Shown one piece after another: positions 1 through 10,339 of a stretch of 64,000 nt of DNA. The translations under genes were made by a program, and so were the position numbers. The notes beneath the pieces were generated by a model. The model did not search any database and had not been told where the DNA came from. It saw only the letters and a program-made list of their open reading frames with translations. Source of the stretch: Candidatus Poribacteria bacterium (lineage in GTDB: Bacteria > Poribacteria > WGA-4E > WGA-3G). The DNA lies in contig OZ251518.1 of the NCBI GenBank assembly GCA_965242965.1, forward strand, positions 640,001 through 704,000, given 5' to 3'. The first letter of the stretch is position 1, and each line of letters begins with the position of its first letter.

Positions 1-692
1 ATGTGGATCAGCACCCCATCCGCGTTTACCTCTCGCTGCGCGATTTTACAGAGCTCTTCATGCGCGCGATGCATCGGGTTGCGCGTCTGGAAAGCGACGA
101 TTTTCTCCCAGCCTCGCGATGCAATGTCCTCGCGAATTTCCACTGCAGTGCGGAATGTTTCTGGGAAATCTGTCCGAAAATAGGAGTAATTTAGCACCTG
201 TATCGGGCCGGAGAGGACGTTATATCCGACATTCTCGAACGCTGAGACACCAGGATGCTCCGAGTCGGTTGTCCCGAATGTTTTCTCAATGATAAAGTTC
301 TTCTGTCCCCAGGTGAATGTCTCAATTGCCGAAACCTCCATCACGGCGATAGGCGGATTGCCTTCAACGTTCGGGTCGCGGAGGGCAACGCGGTCTGCAA
401 GTTTCACGGCATCCGTGAGCTGCTCGTCATGGACGAGGTTCATCACCGGCACCGGCCAGAAGAGCCCGTTCGGCAACTTCATCTCGGCGGCGACGCTCGT
501 CGCTTCGGCGATGTTCATGTAGCCCATCAGCGGCGTAAAATAACCTGACCCGAGCATGACTGCCGATGCGGCAGCACCGGAGGAAATGAGGACAGAAGGA
601 AGGGTTTCCGCCTCTTTTGTCAGTGCCGCGCGTTGCGCATCGTCTGCAACGTAGAGCGGCGTTAAGGTTTCGGCTCCATGTGGTTTAATCAT
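1..692 (-). CDS. sat: sulfate adenylyltransferase (ATP sulfurylase), runs off the window start
   Basis: Manual translation from ATG at 692 (RBS AAGGAG) gives MIKPHGAETLTPLYV...GYFTPLMGYM...FWPVPVMNL and the AFQTRNPMHRAHEEL motif; missing from the ORF track because it is partial. Confidence 0.93.
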   Translation of the reverse strand, partial: MIKPHGAETLTPLYVADDAQRAALTKEAETLPSVLISSGAAASAVMLGSGYFTPLMGYMNIAEATSVAAEMKLPNGLFWPVPVMNLVHDEQLTDAVKLADRVALRDPNVEGNPPIAVMEVSAIETFTWGQKNFIIEKTFGTTDSEHPGVSAFENVGYNVLSGPIQVLNYSYFRTDFPETFRTAVEIREDIASRGWEKIVAFQTRNPMHRAHEELCKIAQREVNADGVLIH

Positions 693-722
693 TATTTCTC
701 CTTTTCAGGATTTATTCTGGGT

Positions 723-2849
723 TTATTTGTTTAACTGTTTAACTATGCAACTATTCCAGATCCAATAATGGTTTTTGATATCCCAATCATCTTCCAAACG
801 CACCCGTTTTTGAGGCGAGGAAATCACTTGGGTGAGATACCCCTCGGTTACCGTTACGCGATAGGAATGCTCAATTGCATCTCCATCGCCGGACACGGTG
901 AGTTCTTTCAGAACCTGTTTTCCGTTCGCCGCCAGATTGACGGTATGCGTCAGCTCTTCTGATGCACAGAAGGTGTTGGTGACGCTATAGATTCCGTTGG
1001 GAAGATCGAGTTTGAAGGCTGCCTCCTCGTTGCTCCAAACGGCATCTTGAGCGTATTTCTCTTGCTCTGGAATGCGATAGTGACTTTTTTGAACATGATG
1101 TCCGGCGTGCGGGGCGCGCGTATCCCAACCGAACTTTCCGCTGACATATAACGTATCGGGACCGAGGGCGTGATAACCCGGCGCAGTTTCGGCACCATTC
1201 GGTTGCATATCAAAGCGGATGATGGGCTTACCCTCCTCAGTTTTGTCCCACAAATCCAATTGCGGCTTGGTGGCACGCTTTTTCCTGAAGAGTTGGAGGT
1301 GTTTCGTCTCGTGGATAACCTCATAATCCTTTGCCCCGAGGTCTGCCTCCGCTCCCGGGTCGTGCCAAGAGACAACATAGTCCACAGAACTAATAGCGCG
1401 CCGCCAAAGCGTGCCTTCCCGAAGATCTTCTCGCTCAGTGTTGCGATTGACTGGGAAGTAATAGAAAACCGACTCGTAGTTGGCCAGATGCACGACATCA
1501 TCGGCATATACGCCGTAATAGGCGGTGGAATGCACGAACGGCGTGACGTATTCGATCCGGCCCAATGCCTCCGATTTATGCCAGCCATCCTCGCCTGCCC
1601 GAATCTCGAACACGGTGTGTGGCTCTATGAGATGCGTGCCGGAGACTAATTCTTCAATCTCTGGCGCGATACGCCCGTGGTCATACGCAGTTCTACCGCA
1701 GTGGAGAAGACTGAATACAATCAGGCATGTCGCGATGGAGTAGCGAACGACTTTGTCCATGTTTGTGATGAACCACGGAGCCAACATCAGCAAAATGTAG
1801 ATATGAATCCGGTCGTTGATCCAACCCCCGGGTCCGTAACTCCAAGGAGCCCTGATGAACATCGCGGTGAACAGAATAGCGATGAGGAGGAACGCATCGG
1901 TTTGCTTCACCCACTCTTCGCGGCGGATGCGGTAAACGATAGCGATAACGATGGCTGCACCTAACACCACCAATAAGCCTTGGTTGACAGGAACGTGCCA
2001 ATCGGTGAAATAGACGATGGATTTGATACCTATGAAATACTCCCAGATCCACTCCATGCCGCGGTGGTTGCCTGTTGGATGCTCCTTGATACTGAACAGA
2101 TAGTAGTCGACTAGCACAAAATACATCGGCACCATGTAAAGTCCGAAGCGGACGAGCGGTTTGAGGCTATACCAGAGTTGTTGCATCCATCCGGCGTTTC
2201 GTTCGCGCCAAGTTGCCGCTAACGCATTCCCTCCCCACAAGCATCCGGCGGCGACAGACATCCCCAACACGACGAGTCCATAAGAGGCGATATGCGAGAG
2301 ATACGTCAACAGCAATAGCACATAGAGTCCGCCGAGGTGTTGCACCTGCATGTCGTCCTTGTGTTTCCACCAGAACCCGAAGCTGAAGAAGAAAAACGCG
2401 ATGCTCAGCGTGAAGTTGTAAAACCCCATGTAGAGCAGGTAGTTATAGGCGAACGGGAAACCGAGCCAAGCGAACGTGTGCCAACTCCCGCTGTCCTCTT
2501 CCTTCGGTTTTCCGTGAATGGCGTGCAGGAAATAGAAGAAGGCTATCGGTATCATCCCGATGGCTATTGTGAGGAAAACCTTTTCGGCGATGACTGGCGG
2601 AAACACATAGAGCAACAGCATCAATGCGATATGCGACAGCCAGTTCGGAAAGACGGTGATGTTGAGTTCCCATGCGTCGCGCAGTTTATAGTTTTCGGGT
2701 TTCGCGTAGTCCTTCAGCACCAAGCCGTTGTAAACGTGACTCGCTCCGTCTTGCGAGGGGAAGTAGGCGAAAATCCAGATAGGGATGAGGTGTAATACCA
2801 GCAACGCTACAAAGAGATGTTTCCATGTCCAGTTTCTCCAATTCAACAC
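723..2849 (-). CDS. multi-pass membrane protein (possible GT-C-like glycosyltransferase) with C-terminal soluble beta-rich, possibly carbohydrate-binding, domain
   Basis: 708 aa; RBS AGGAGG; many TM helices; PSQDGASH loop and LYMGFYNF motif; soluble C-terminus FDMQP...PGY...Y...FGW. Confidence 0.6.
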   Translation of the reverse strand: MLNWRNWTWKHLFVALLVLHLIPIWIFAYFPSQDGASHVYNGLVLKDYAKPENYKLRDAWELNITVFPNWLSHIALMLLLYVFPPVIAEKVFLTIAIGMIPIAFFYFLHAIHGKPKEEDSGSWHTFAWLGFPFAYNYLLYMGFYNFTLSIAFFFFSFGFWWKHKDDMQVQHLGGLYVLLLLTYLSHIASYGLVVLGMSVAAGCLWGGNALAATWRERNAGWMQQLWYSLKPLVRFGLYMVPMYFVLVDYYLFSIKEHPTGNHRGMEWIWEYFIGIKSIVYFTDWHVPVNQGLLVVLGAAIVIAIVYRIRREEWVKQTDAFLLIAILFTAMFIRAPWSYGPGGWINDRIHIYILLMLAPWFITNMDKVVRYSIATCLIVFSLLHCGRTAYDHGRIAPEIEELVSGTHLIEPHTVFEIRAGEDGWHKSEALGRIEYVTPFVHSTAYYGVYADDVVHLANYESVFYYFPVNRNTEREDLREGTLWRRAISSVDYVVSWHDPGAEADLGAKDYEVIHETKHLQLFRKKRATKPQLDLWDKTEEGKPIIRFDMQPNGAETAPGYHALGPDTLYVSGKFGWDTRAPHAGHHVQKSHYRIPEQEKYAQDAVWSNEEAAFKLDLPNGIYSVTNTFCASEELTHTVNLAANGKQVLKELTVSGDGDAIEHSYRVTVTEGYLTQVISSPQKRVRLEDDWDIKNHYWIWNSCIVKQLNK

Positions 2850-2882
2850 GTTTTTCCTCCTTTTGCGCGGCTCCGATTCCTT

Positions 2883-3142
2883 GGTAGGTGCGGTTTTTAA
2901 TCGAGCCGAGTTTGCGGGGGACAGGCCCCCGCGCTACGGTTTTCCCTTTCATTTGAGTTCGCGGGGGACAGGCCCCCGCGCTACGGTTTCCTTTCCTTCA
3001 AGTTCGCGGGGGACAGGCCCCCGCGCTACGGTTTCCCTTGATTTTTGTCTCGCCCGGTAGCGGTATTGCATCGAGACCGGGAGGTCTCTCCTACGGTTTC
3101 CCTTCCTTCAAGTTCGCGGGGGACAGGCCCCCGCGCTACGGT
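2883..3142. repeat. REP-like palindrome cluster (family A GTAGCGCGGGGGCCTGTCCCCCGCG x4, plus one family B and one family E copy)
   Basis: Direct copies of CGCGGGGGACAGGCCCCCGCGCTACGGTTT, three of them at ~45-bp spacing. Confidence 0.9.
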
Positions 3143-3798
3143 TGCGAAGCGAAATAGAGGCACTGCGCTGTCAGCGGGCATTTTTCGCAGAGCGGCTTGC
3201 GCGCGTTGCAAATCTGTCTGCCGAAGTAGATAAGGTTCATGTGGAACGGATACGCCTTCCCTTCCGGCACGATGGGCGGCAACAGTTGATGTGCTTTCTC
3301 CGCGCTACAATTCTGCGGAACGAGCCCGAGCCGTTTGGAAATCCGCAGGATGTGCGTATCCACCGGAAAAACCTCTCTGCCGCAAGCGAAGGAAAGCACC
3401 ACCGAGGCAGTTTTGATGCCGATGCCTTTGTGCTGACACAGCAGTGCTAACGCCGCCTCCGTTTCCATGTCGTGGATAAATTCCAAGGATAATTCGCCGT
3501 ATTCTTCCTTGAGCCATGTCAGGAAGTTTTTAATAGTGCGGCTTTTCTGTTTCGAGAGCCCGGCGATGCGAATCGCGTCGATGATGTCTGCCTCATTGGC
3601 GTGTAGCACAGCTTCCCACGTTGGAAAGCGTTCGCGAAGGCGTGCGTAGCCTTTGTCGCGGCTCACATCTGTCGTGTTTTGCGACAACACCGTTAAGATG
3701 AGGCTATCCAGCACGTTTTCAGTGCCACCCCGTGTCGGCACGCCGAGCAATTCCTCTAGCGCATTGGATATGATTTCGGCTTTTTGCTTCAACTCCAA
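3136..3798 (-). CDS. nth: endonuclease III family (HhH-GPD) DNA glycosylase with 4Fe-4S motif
   Basis: LSQNTTD, GIGIKTA HhH, FPVDTH, C-x6-C-x2-C-x5-C. Confidence 0.85.
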   Translation of the reverse strand: MELKQKAEIISNALEELLGVPTRGGTENVLDSLILTVLSQNTTDVSRDKGYARLRERFPTWEAVLHANEADIIDAIRIAGLSKQKSRTIKNFLTWLKEEYGELSLEFIHDMETEAALALLCQHKGIGIKTASVVLSFACGREVFPVDTHILRISKRLGLVPQNCSAEKAHQLLPPIVPEGKAYPFHMNLIYFGRQICNARKPLCEKCPLTAQCLYFASQP

Positions 3799-3899
3799 TT
3801 GTTTTCTTCCTCTCCTGCGATTTTAAGATAGTATAACATGCATTCGGAAAAATTGTGCAGAAAAAATCGTTCCGTTTTCCATTTTGTTGAAAATGAAAG

Positions 3900-5789
3900 T
3901 TAGAACAAGAACCGATACATCGGTTTATCCAGCACAACCGCGAGAAGGCTCCAGAACGAACCTATCGCAAATTCACCGAGCACGATGCCCAAGAAGAACG
4001 GAATTGCCTTACGGTGCAGACGGATGCCGCCGTATTTTAGCACCAACCATTTGAGCAACCATCCGACAAAAATCGAACCTATCATGGGGTTAATTGCCCA
4101 ACTGCCGGAGATGGCGTAGCCGACAGGGTGCAAATTCCACCACAAAAAACGCATCCGCATGGCGGCGAGGAGGAGCGTCAGTCCGAACCCGAACGATGCA
4201 AAGCCTATTGCGGGGACATCTGGCGGCGCGGCGTAAGTTAACCACGTCTCCAGCCGATTGAAAGATTCTCTGCCGAACCCGGCGAAACCTCCTTCGGCGT
4301 AATACATAGAGAGATACGCCCAGAACGAACCGAGCGCGCCGAGCGCGGAGGCGAGCATCATCAGCATTGCGAACCGCCGAATCGGGATGTTCGCGCCCTC
4401 CGCCAATTTGAAGCCTTCAAGTTGATGCGGCATCGCGTGTGAACGGTGCGCGCGATTGAGGCAGTAAAGATAGGCAAACCCGGTAAGGTTTACTGCACCG
4501 AGTCTACGAATGCCGAACAGCCGCGGCAACATCTCATCGGGCCCGATGAAGTGCAAATCATGCACGGGTGAACCGAGTTCGGCGCGCAGACGCGTAATCG
4601 CCATCGCAATCGCAAACCAAACGGCGAAATAGAGCACGATAACCCAAAACGTCATCCCCATCTTCAGGCAGAACATGACGATGAACGTTGCCGCGCCGAG
4701 CAGTGCTATCAACGTGACTCGATGCGAGACAGGTTCGTCTGGGCGCGGCGATACGATTTGACGCGCCACCTGCTTCAGGTAACGCCGACTCATCCAGATA
4801 GCTAAGACACAAAGTCCCAGATATGCGCCGTGCGACTGCTCGGCTTCATAAGGGAATCGCGGCAGCCCGCGCCAGCCGGCGATGACTCCCAGGAGCCGTT
4901 CTGCACGCCATATAAGCCAAAATGCCCAGCACGAAAAGGAAAGATCGAGGGGAATAAAAAACGAAAGCCCAACGCCGAACGGAAACACACCAAGCGGACT
5001 CCACCCGATGCCACTCCAGGGACGTTCCGTGAAAATCTGCCGTAGATCATACAATTTTCCGCCGAGACTCGGCACAACAGGATAGAGAAAGTTGAGCCCG
5101 TTGATAATGTCGATGGTAATGCCGATTGTCAGCCCTACCCACATCCACGGCGAACGGAAAAACTTACCGCCGGGTGCAGTCATCTCGAACGGTAGTTGGA
5201 TGATGGGATAACTGAGTCGTTCCGATTCTACCCACTGCTTCCGAAAAATCAGGCTCAGGCAGAGCATCACGAGGTGGACAGCAACGATAAAGAGCGTCCA
5301 CCAAAAGATGGGAGATAGCCATGCGGTGAAGTGCGGCTGTTCATAAATGCTTGAAAACCCGCGGTAGTAACCCTCCAGCGCGTGTTTATCGCTGACTGCC
5401 AGCCATTGCGGGATGTGCAGATGAAACAGGTTGAGCCAGTCATTTTCCGGTGTGGCGAACCAGTGTGCATGCCCGATGATAGGCATTAGCACCAGAAATC
5501 TGTCCACGCCTGCGAGCCCTGCACCTACTGAAATGCAGGTATAGATTACCAGCAATTCTGCGCGGTTAAGCATGAGCGCGTGGTGGAGCCCGCGGAGTAG
5601 CAACCCGATTCCCAGTAAAATCAGAATTGTGATAACGGCGTTGTAAAAGAGGGATACCTGTGTCGGACTTCCGCCGCCACGGATGATAGACGCGGATACC
5701 CACCAGCAGTTCAGCGGAACGAGCACACAGATAAGAAAAATCGAGAAGGGCCGAATTCGGAGGTTTTTTCTTTGAACCTTATTCACCAT
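3900..5789 (-). CDS. DUF6785/DUF6784-like polytopic membrane protein (putative transporter)
   Basis: 629 aa hydrophobic; QWVESERLSYPIIQLP, RLRAELGSPVHD, WWNLHPVGY, KYGG...PFFLGIVLGE motifs. Confidence 0.7.
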   Translation of the reverse strand: MVNKVQRKNLRIRPFSIFLICVLVPLNCWWVSASIIRGGGSPTQVSLFYNAVITILILLGIGLLLRGLHHALMLNRAELLVIYTCISVGAGLAGVDRFLVLMPIIGHAHWFATPENDWLNLFHLHIPQWLAVSDKHALEGYYRGFSSIYEQPHFTAWLSPIFWWTLFIVAVHLVMLCLSLIFRKQWVESERLSYPIIQLPFEMTAPGGKFFRSPWMWVGLTIGITIDIINGLNFLYPVVPSLGGKLYDLRQIFTERPWSGIGWSPLGVFPFGVGLSFFIPLDLSFSCWAFWLIWRAERLLGVIAGWRGLPRFPYEAEQSHGAYLGLCVLAIWMSRRYLKQVARQIVSPRPDEPVSHRVTLIALLGAATFIVMFCLKMGMTFWVIVLYFAVWFAIAMAITRLRAELGSPVHDLHFIGPDEMLPRLFGIRRLGAVNLTGFAYLYCLNRAHRSHAMPHQLEGFKLAEGANIPIRRFAMLMMLASALGALGSFWAYLSMYYAEGGFAGFGRESFNRLETWLTYAAPPDVPAIGFASFGFGLTLLLAAMRMRFLWWNLHPVGYAISGSWAINPMIGSIFVGWLLKWLVLKYGGIRLHRKAIPFFLGIVLGEFAIGSFWSLLAVVLDKPMYRFLF

Positions 5790-5856
5790 CTTTCCTCACA
5801 AAAGTAGTGTTATTATCCTATCACATTTCCACTTTTTACGGCAAGGATTTTTTCGG

Positions 5857-5886
5857 TTGACAAACAAGGTGAGGATTTGGTATACT
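5857..5886 (+). promoter_or_regulatory. sigma70-type promoter for the Uma2 gene
   Basis: TTGACA-18 bp-TATACT. Confidence 0.6.
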
Positions 5887-5937
5887 ATTTATTGGATGCT
5901 AATTCTATATTTTTAATCATGGTGGGGTGCGGAAACA

Positions 5938-6507
5938 ATGAATCTGCTAGAACTGAACCAATTCGCGCGGGAAGGCATCCTCCCCGAAAACGTCGCGATG
6001 ACGTTGGAGGAATTCCTCGCGCACGATGTAGAAGGATATGAATACGTTAAAGGAGAATTGATACCTATGCCCGGGACATCACTGGAGCACGGTTCGATCG
6101 GCGCGAATGTCTTTCGATATTTAGACAGGTGTGTATACGAGAAGCAAATCGGCAAAGTGTATTTCTCGGAAACGGGTTTCCAAGTCGGCGAGCGTGTCCT
6201 CAAACCTGACATCGCGTTTCTCTCTAACGGGCGAATTCCCGAAGACAGGCGCAAAGCATCCCCAGTTCCGCCAGACCTGGCGGTTGAGGTAGTGTCCCCG
6301 TCAGACGCGTTGGATAGCGTTGAAGAAAAGGCATTTGCCTATCTGGAGGCTGGCACCCGGATGGTATGGGTTCTCAAACCTATCTCGCGGACTGTGACGG
6401 TGTATCGTTCCAGAACCGATATCAAGTTGCTCACTTGCAATGACACGCTCACCGGTGAGGATGTTGTTGAAGGCTTTTCTTGTCAAGTAGCGCAGCTTTT
6501 TGAATAG
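5938..6507 (+). CDS. Uma2 family (DUF820) PD-(D/E)xK endonuclease
   Basis: YEYVKGEL, KPDIAF, PPDLAVEVVSPSD, YLEAGTRMVWVL. Confidence 0.9.
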   Translation: MNLLELNQFAREGILPENVAMTLEEFLAHDVEGYEYVKGELIPMPGTSLEHGSIGANVFRYLDRCVYEKQIGKVYFSETGFQVGERVLKPDIAFLSNGRIPEDRRKASPVPPDLAVEVVSPSDALDSVEEKAFAYLEAGTRMVWVLKPISRTVTVYRSRTDIKLLTCNDTLTGEDVVEGFSCQVAQLFE

Positions 6508-6689
6508 CGGCGGCATCGCCATATTTGTGGAGCATTCTCGAAAAATGGACAACACGAAAGAACGGAAGGTCGCGAACCGAAAGGAAAAAGAGGCGCAACG
6601 CGGCAAACACTATTACGCCGATAACCACAATTTTCAATTGTGAGGGAGGCTGTCGTTCATGTCCATTCGTGTTGATTCCTCCTATTGTT

Positions 6690-6865
6690 CTGAAGCAGGA
6701 TTTCCAGGATTTCCAAGATTAGCAGGATTTCTAGGATTAGCAGGATTTTCAGGATTAGAGGTATCCAAGTTATCAAAACCTTTCTTAAGGTCCTTTAGGT
6801 CCTTAATGTCTATAGCATGTCGGTTTGCGAAGAGCCCTAAGGTCCTTTAGGTCCTTAATGTGGCT
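6690..6865. repeat. 9-bp CAGGATTTT-type tandem repeat joined to AAGGTCCTTTAGGTCCTTAATG units
   Basis: About 7 CA(G/A)GATT units then two TAAGGTCCTTTAGGTCCTTAATG copies; related modules at 43575-43830 and 46624-46880. Confidence 0.8.
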
Positions 6866-6895
6866 TTACGCCACGTGCCTTTGATTCAATTAGGA

Positions 6896-7223
6896 GAGGG
6901 GGTTTCATAACTCCGTTTCGGTATTTATCCCGCCTTGGAGGGCGGTCGAATACCGGCAGGCATCGGGCCCACCGCTGTAGTTCGGGAGCACCTGCTCCCG
7001 AACGGTTCAGGATTGCTTGGCAAACATGGCAGAGCTTCAGACGATCTTGAACTACAGGGGGAACGCGGTCTGACAGCCAAACGCGTGGCGAGGGACAGGC
7101 CCTCGCCCTACGTGAAGGGGAGGGCGTTCTTTTCGTGGTTTCTTCCCCACCTTTGGCGGGGTAAAACCTTACCGTAGCGCGGGGCCTGTCACCGCAACGT
7201 TGAGCGATTTATGAAACGTCCTC
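6896..7223. mobile_element. MITE-like cassette: 15-bp terminal inverted repeats enclosing REP palindromes
   Basis: Left GAGGGGGTTTCATAA, right TTATGAAACGTCCTC; homologous, in inverted orientation, to 18576-18871. Confidence 0.7.
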
Positions 7224-7330
7224 ATTTTAACTTGATTTTTTGCATCGGGATGTGGTAGATTTAACGTGTTGACTTTAACACGAGTCAGACGGGATGTTTA
7301 CGCATGCAAACCCTATAGGAGATAACTCAA

Positions 7331-7540
7331 ATGAAACTGAAACCCGATAAAAAGCGGCTTGAAGAAATTCAGGACGTTTATCGCACGTTGGGACTGGATT
7401 CTGAAGAGTTCCAGAAATACCTTGTTTCTCTAGCAGCTCCATCCCTAGAACCGCCTCGCCGCGTGGTTTACATAGAGTGTGGAAGCACATCCGAACTTCA
7501 AGGAGAATTTAAAGATGCCGGACTGGAATCAAATCCTTGA
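7331..7540 (+). CDS. small hypothetical protein
   Basis: 69-aa ORF with AGGAG RBS and protein-like composition. Confidence 0.55.
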   Translation: MKLKPDKKRLEEIQDVYRTLGLDSEEFQKYLVSLAAPSLEPPRRVVYIECGSTSELQGEFKDAGLESNP

Positions 7541-7558
7541 CGAGATTAACGAAAACTC

Positions 7559-9142
7559 ATGCGAATTTCCAAAAAAAAGTTCATCACCATAATCCTCATC
7601 GCGCTCATCGGAGTTATTATCTTGCTAGCCGCTATTTACCACCACACCGCGCTCTGGAAACCTGAACAAAGCCTCATCACGCTACTGCCAGAGGCACCAA
7701 TCTGTTATCTTACCTTGAAAGACCTGGGTTCTCTCGTCAAGACGTTCACACGGAGCGAGTTCGGGAAACAGGTGGCAGAGATGCCTCTCCTCGCCGAGAT
7801 TCAGGGGCAACGCTGGTGGAAAGAACTCGCCTATCAGAAGGCACTCTGGGAACACGAAATGGGCGGCAAACTCGATTTGGCAACCGTCAAGGCTTATTTC
7901 GGTGAGGAGACTATCCTCGCGCTTTACGAACGGGACGATGAACTCTCGTTCCTGCTCATCAGCGTCGTCGGTGGCGCAGAGAAATTAAGCATTGAAGCAC
8001 TCACCGCCACCGATGTCATAAATCCGCAATATCAGCGCATCCAAACGGAGCATAACGGGCTCACGGTGAATACGATAATCGGTTACCCGCGCGATTTCAG
8101 TTATGCCTTCATTGGCAAAGTCGGGGTGCTGAGTCTCAGCTATCCCTTGTTAACGGAGACGCTTGATATCTATACCGGGAAAAAGGCGGGTTTCCTTGCG
8201 CGCCATCCGATGCAGGGTGACTACGAAAGCGACAAAAATACCGGGTATGTGGATATGCCACGACTGGCGGCCGCGCTAAAAGAGACGGTGCCTCAGTTGC
8301 GCAGTATTGTTGAACTGAGTGCGTCGCTGCTTGGAGATGCAACACCCTGGTCCTTCGGAAATCGGTATGAAGATGGGGTGGTGATTTCGCGGCATTTGAT
8401 ACGGCATCGAGAGCGGGAAGGCGCGCCGACAGGAAGAAATCGAGACCGGGCGGTCTCTCCTACGGGGAGGTTGCATCGAGACCGGGCGGTCTCTCCTACG
8501 GGGTTGCCGGAACGAACTGCGTTTGTTTCTGTCTTGCCAACGCCGCGCCAGATGCAGGAGCTCTTGCCAAATAGCGATTTGTCCCGGCACCTCACGGTAG
8601 GGTTCATCGCACCGAATCCGGAGGAGGTATCTGTCGTGCCATCGATAGTTTTGTTGATAAAGGGCAGCGAATTGGAAACCGATTTGGAACGTCTCAAAAC
8701 GCGAGAGATTTCTATTGCCGGCAAACCATTAGCATTCCTCGCGCCGCAGGATTATCTCGGGAGTGTCATCCAACCCTTCCAGTTGCGTTTCAATTTTCTG
8801 TTGGCACTTACCGGCGGCTATGCGATTGTCAACGATACGCTCGTCTTCAGCACAACGCTGCCGGGTTTAAAATCAGTAATTGACACGGCATCTGGGAATG
8901 CACCGGCGTTAGAGCTCGGTGAGGTGCAGATGTTCCTTGAACCGTCGCTATTCGTGCCGGAGGTGAAGCGGTTTTTGCCGTTGGTGACGCTGCTCGCCTC
9001 CGAACAACTCGTGGATGCGGCGTTGATAGAGCAGGTTAAGGAGAATCTGTTTCCGCTTGCATCCCTTGGCCCCATTTCTGTGAAAATTGTGGAACAGGCG
9101 GAAGCAACGGAGGCGGAGATTCGGGTGGTTTTAGAGAAGTGA
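7559..9142 (+). CDS. membrane-anchored hypothetical protein (DUF3352-like) with in-frame REP insertion
   Basis: 527 aa; N-terminal TM anchor; LLPEAPICYL start of soluble domain; HRDRAVSPT repeats at 8404-8503. Confidence 0.7.
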   Translation: MRISKKKFITIILIALIGVIILLAAIYHHTALWKPEQSLITLLPEAPICYLTLKDLGSLVKTFTRSEFGKQVAEMPLLAEIQGQRWWKELAYQKALWEHEMGGKLDLATVKAYFGEETILALYERDDELSFLLISVVGGAEKLSIEALTATDVINPQYQRIQTEHNGLTVNTIIGYPRDFSYAFIGKVGVLSLSYPLLTETLDIYTGKKAGFLARHPMQGDYESDKNTGYVDMPRLAAALKETVPQLRSIVELSASLLGDATPWSFGNRYEDGVVISRHLIRHREREGAPTGRNRDRAVSPTGRLHRDRAVSPTGLPERTAFVSVLPTPRQMQELLPNSDLSRHLTVGFIAPNPEEVSVVPSIVLLIKGSELETDLERLKTREISIAGKPLAFLAPQDYLGSVIQPFQLRFNFLLALTGGYAIVNDTLVFSTTLPGLKSVIDTASGNAPALELGEVQMFLEPSLFVPEVKRFLPLVTLLASEQLVDAALIEQVKENLFPLASLGPISVKIVEQAEATEAEIRVVLEK

Positions 9143-9276
9143 TAGGCGCAAGGGTGTATAAGCAGCTTGTGTGAAACATGTCTTCAGGTAGGCGAGACCT
9201 CCTGGTCTTGATGCCTCTCCTACCGGGGAGAACGATTTATGGGACACCCTCATATAGGATAGGGAGGAACACTATT

Positions 9277-10329
9277 ATGAAAACAGCAATTGGCATGGGG
9301 ATTATCAGTTTCGCGCATGGGCACGCGAACGCCTACTGCAACCAGATGCAAACGTTTGACGACGCTAAACTTGTCACTTGTTGGGACGATAACGCCGAGC
9401 GCGGCGAAGCCGCCGCTACGCAGTTTGGGATGAACTATTCGCCGCACCTTGAAGACGTGATTTACCATCCGCAAATCGATGCCGTTATCGTGACATGCGA
9501 GACAAATCGGCACGCGGAGATGGTGGAAGCAGCAGCGGCGGCAGGCAAGGATATCCTCTGCCAAAAGCCGATGGCTCTCACGTTGGCGGATTGCGACAGG
9601 ATTGAGACAGCGGTGCAAAAAACCGGTGTAAAGTTTATGATGGGCTATCAGATGCGGCGCGACCCGGCGAATATTGAGATGAAGCGGCTCATCGACAGCG
9701 GGGTGCTCGGAAAAATCGGTGTGCTACGCCGCCGGCATTGCATCAACGCGCTTTTCAGTGAGGCGTTCGTCACGGGCACGAGTCGTTGGCACATTGAGCC
9801 GGAGAAGAACATGGGGATGTTCATGGACGATGCCTCGCACGCAACCGATTTTATCCACTGGATGCTCGGCAAACCTACCAGCGTCATCGCCGAGATTGAT
9901 AACATCTTAACCGATGTCGCGCCTGATGATACCGGGTTGGCTGTCTACCGGTTTCCGTGCGGCGCGATGGCGATTCTGCTGAATACCTCTGTCACACTCG
10001 CTGGCGAAAATACCACCGAGATTTACGGCGACGAAGGCGTAGTTATCCAAAACTACGGCGATGCTCCGTCGTGTAACATACCGCGCTCGGCGGATGCAGT
10101 TGCGCTCAAACTCTACACGCGAGACGCGCCATCGTGGAAGGATTTGGGCATCGCAATTCCGAACGGCCACGGTGAACGCATCGCGGCAGTGCCGCGTCCG
10201 TTTATTGACTGTCTAAAGAACGACACGGAACCCGATGTGACGGTGGAAGATGGACGCGTTTCGGTGGAGATGATTTTGGGCGCGTATCAGTCAGCGCGCG
10301 AAGGAAAACGCGTTACGTTTCCGCTCTAA
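9277..10329 (+). CDS. Gfo/Idh/MocA family oxidoreductase
   Basis: Start moved to ATG 9277 (GGAGGA RBS); CQKPMA motif, GMFMDDASHATD. Confidence 0.9.
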   Translation: MKTAIGMGIISFAHGHANAYCNQMQTFDDAKLVTCWDDNAERGEAAATQFGMNYSPHLEDVIYHPQIDAVIVTCETNRHAEMVEAAAAAGKDILCQKPMALTLADCDRIETAVQKTGVKFMMGYQMRRDPANIEMKRLIDSGVLGKIGVLRRRHCINALFSEAFVTGTSRWHIEPEKNMGMFMDDASHATDFIHWMLGKPTSVIAEIDNILTDVAPDDTGLAVYRFPCGAMAILLNTSVTLAGENTTEIYGDEGVVIQNYGDAPSCNIPRSADAVALKLYTRDAPSWKDLGIAIPNGHGERIAAVPRPFIDCLKNDTEPDVTVEDGRVSVEMILGAYQSAREGKRVTFPL

Positions 10330-10339
10330 ATCGGGAGAT

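Noticed and set aside
2912-3142. CRISPR-like short array
   Set aside because: The spacers are short and similar, and the repeat is REP family A
6449-6680. Minus-strand ORF with AGGAGG RBS convergent on Uma2
   Set aside because: There is only an ACG at the expected start of the long frame, and the nearby ATG frame stops after 10 codons; at most a remnant
9178-9276. N-terminal extensions in the ORF track (also for coaE, modC, DUF1015 and the orphan methyltransferase)
   Set aside because: They derive from REP/TIR sequence, promoter regions or overlapping genes; better starts lie downstream
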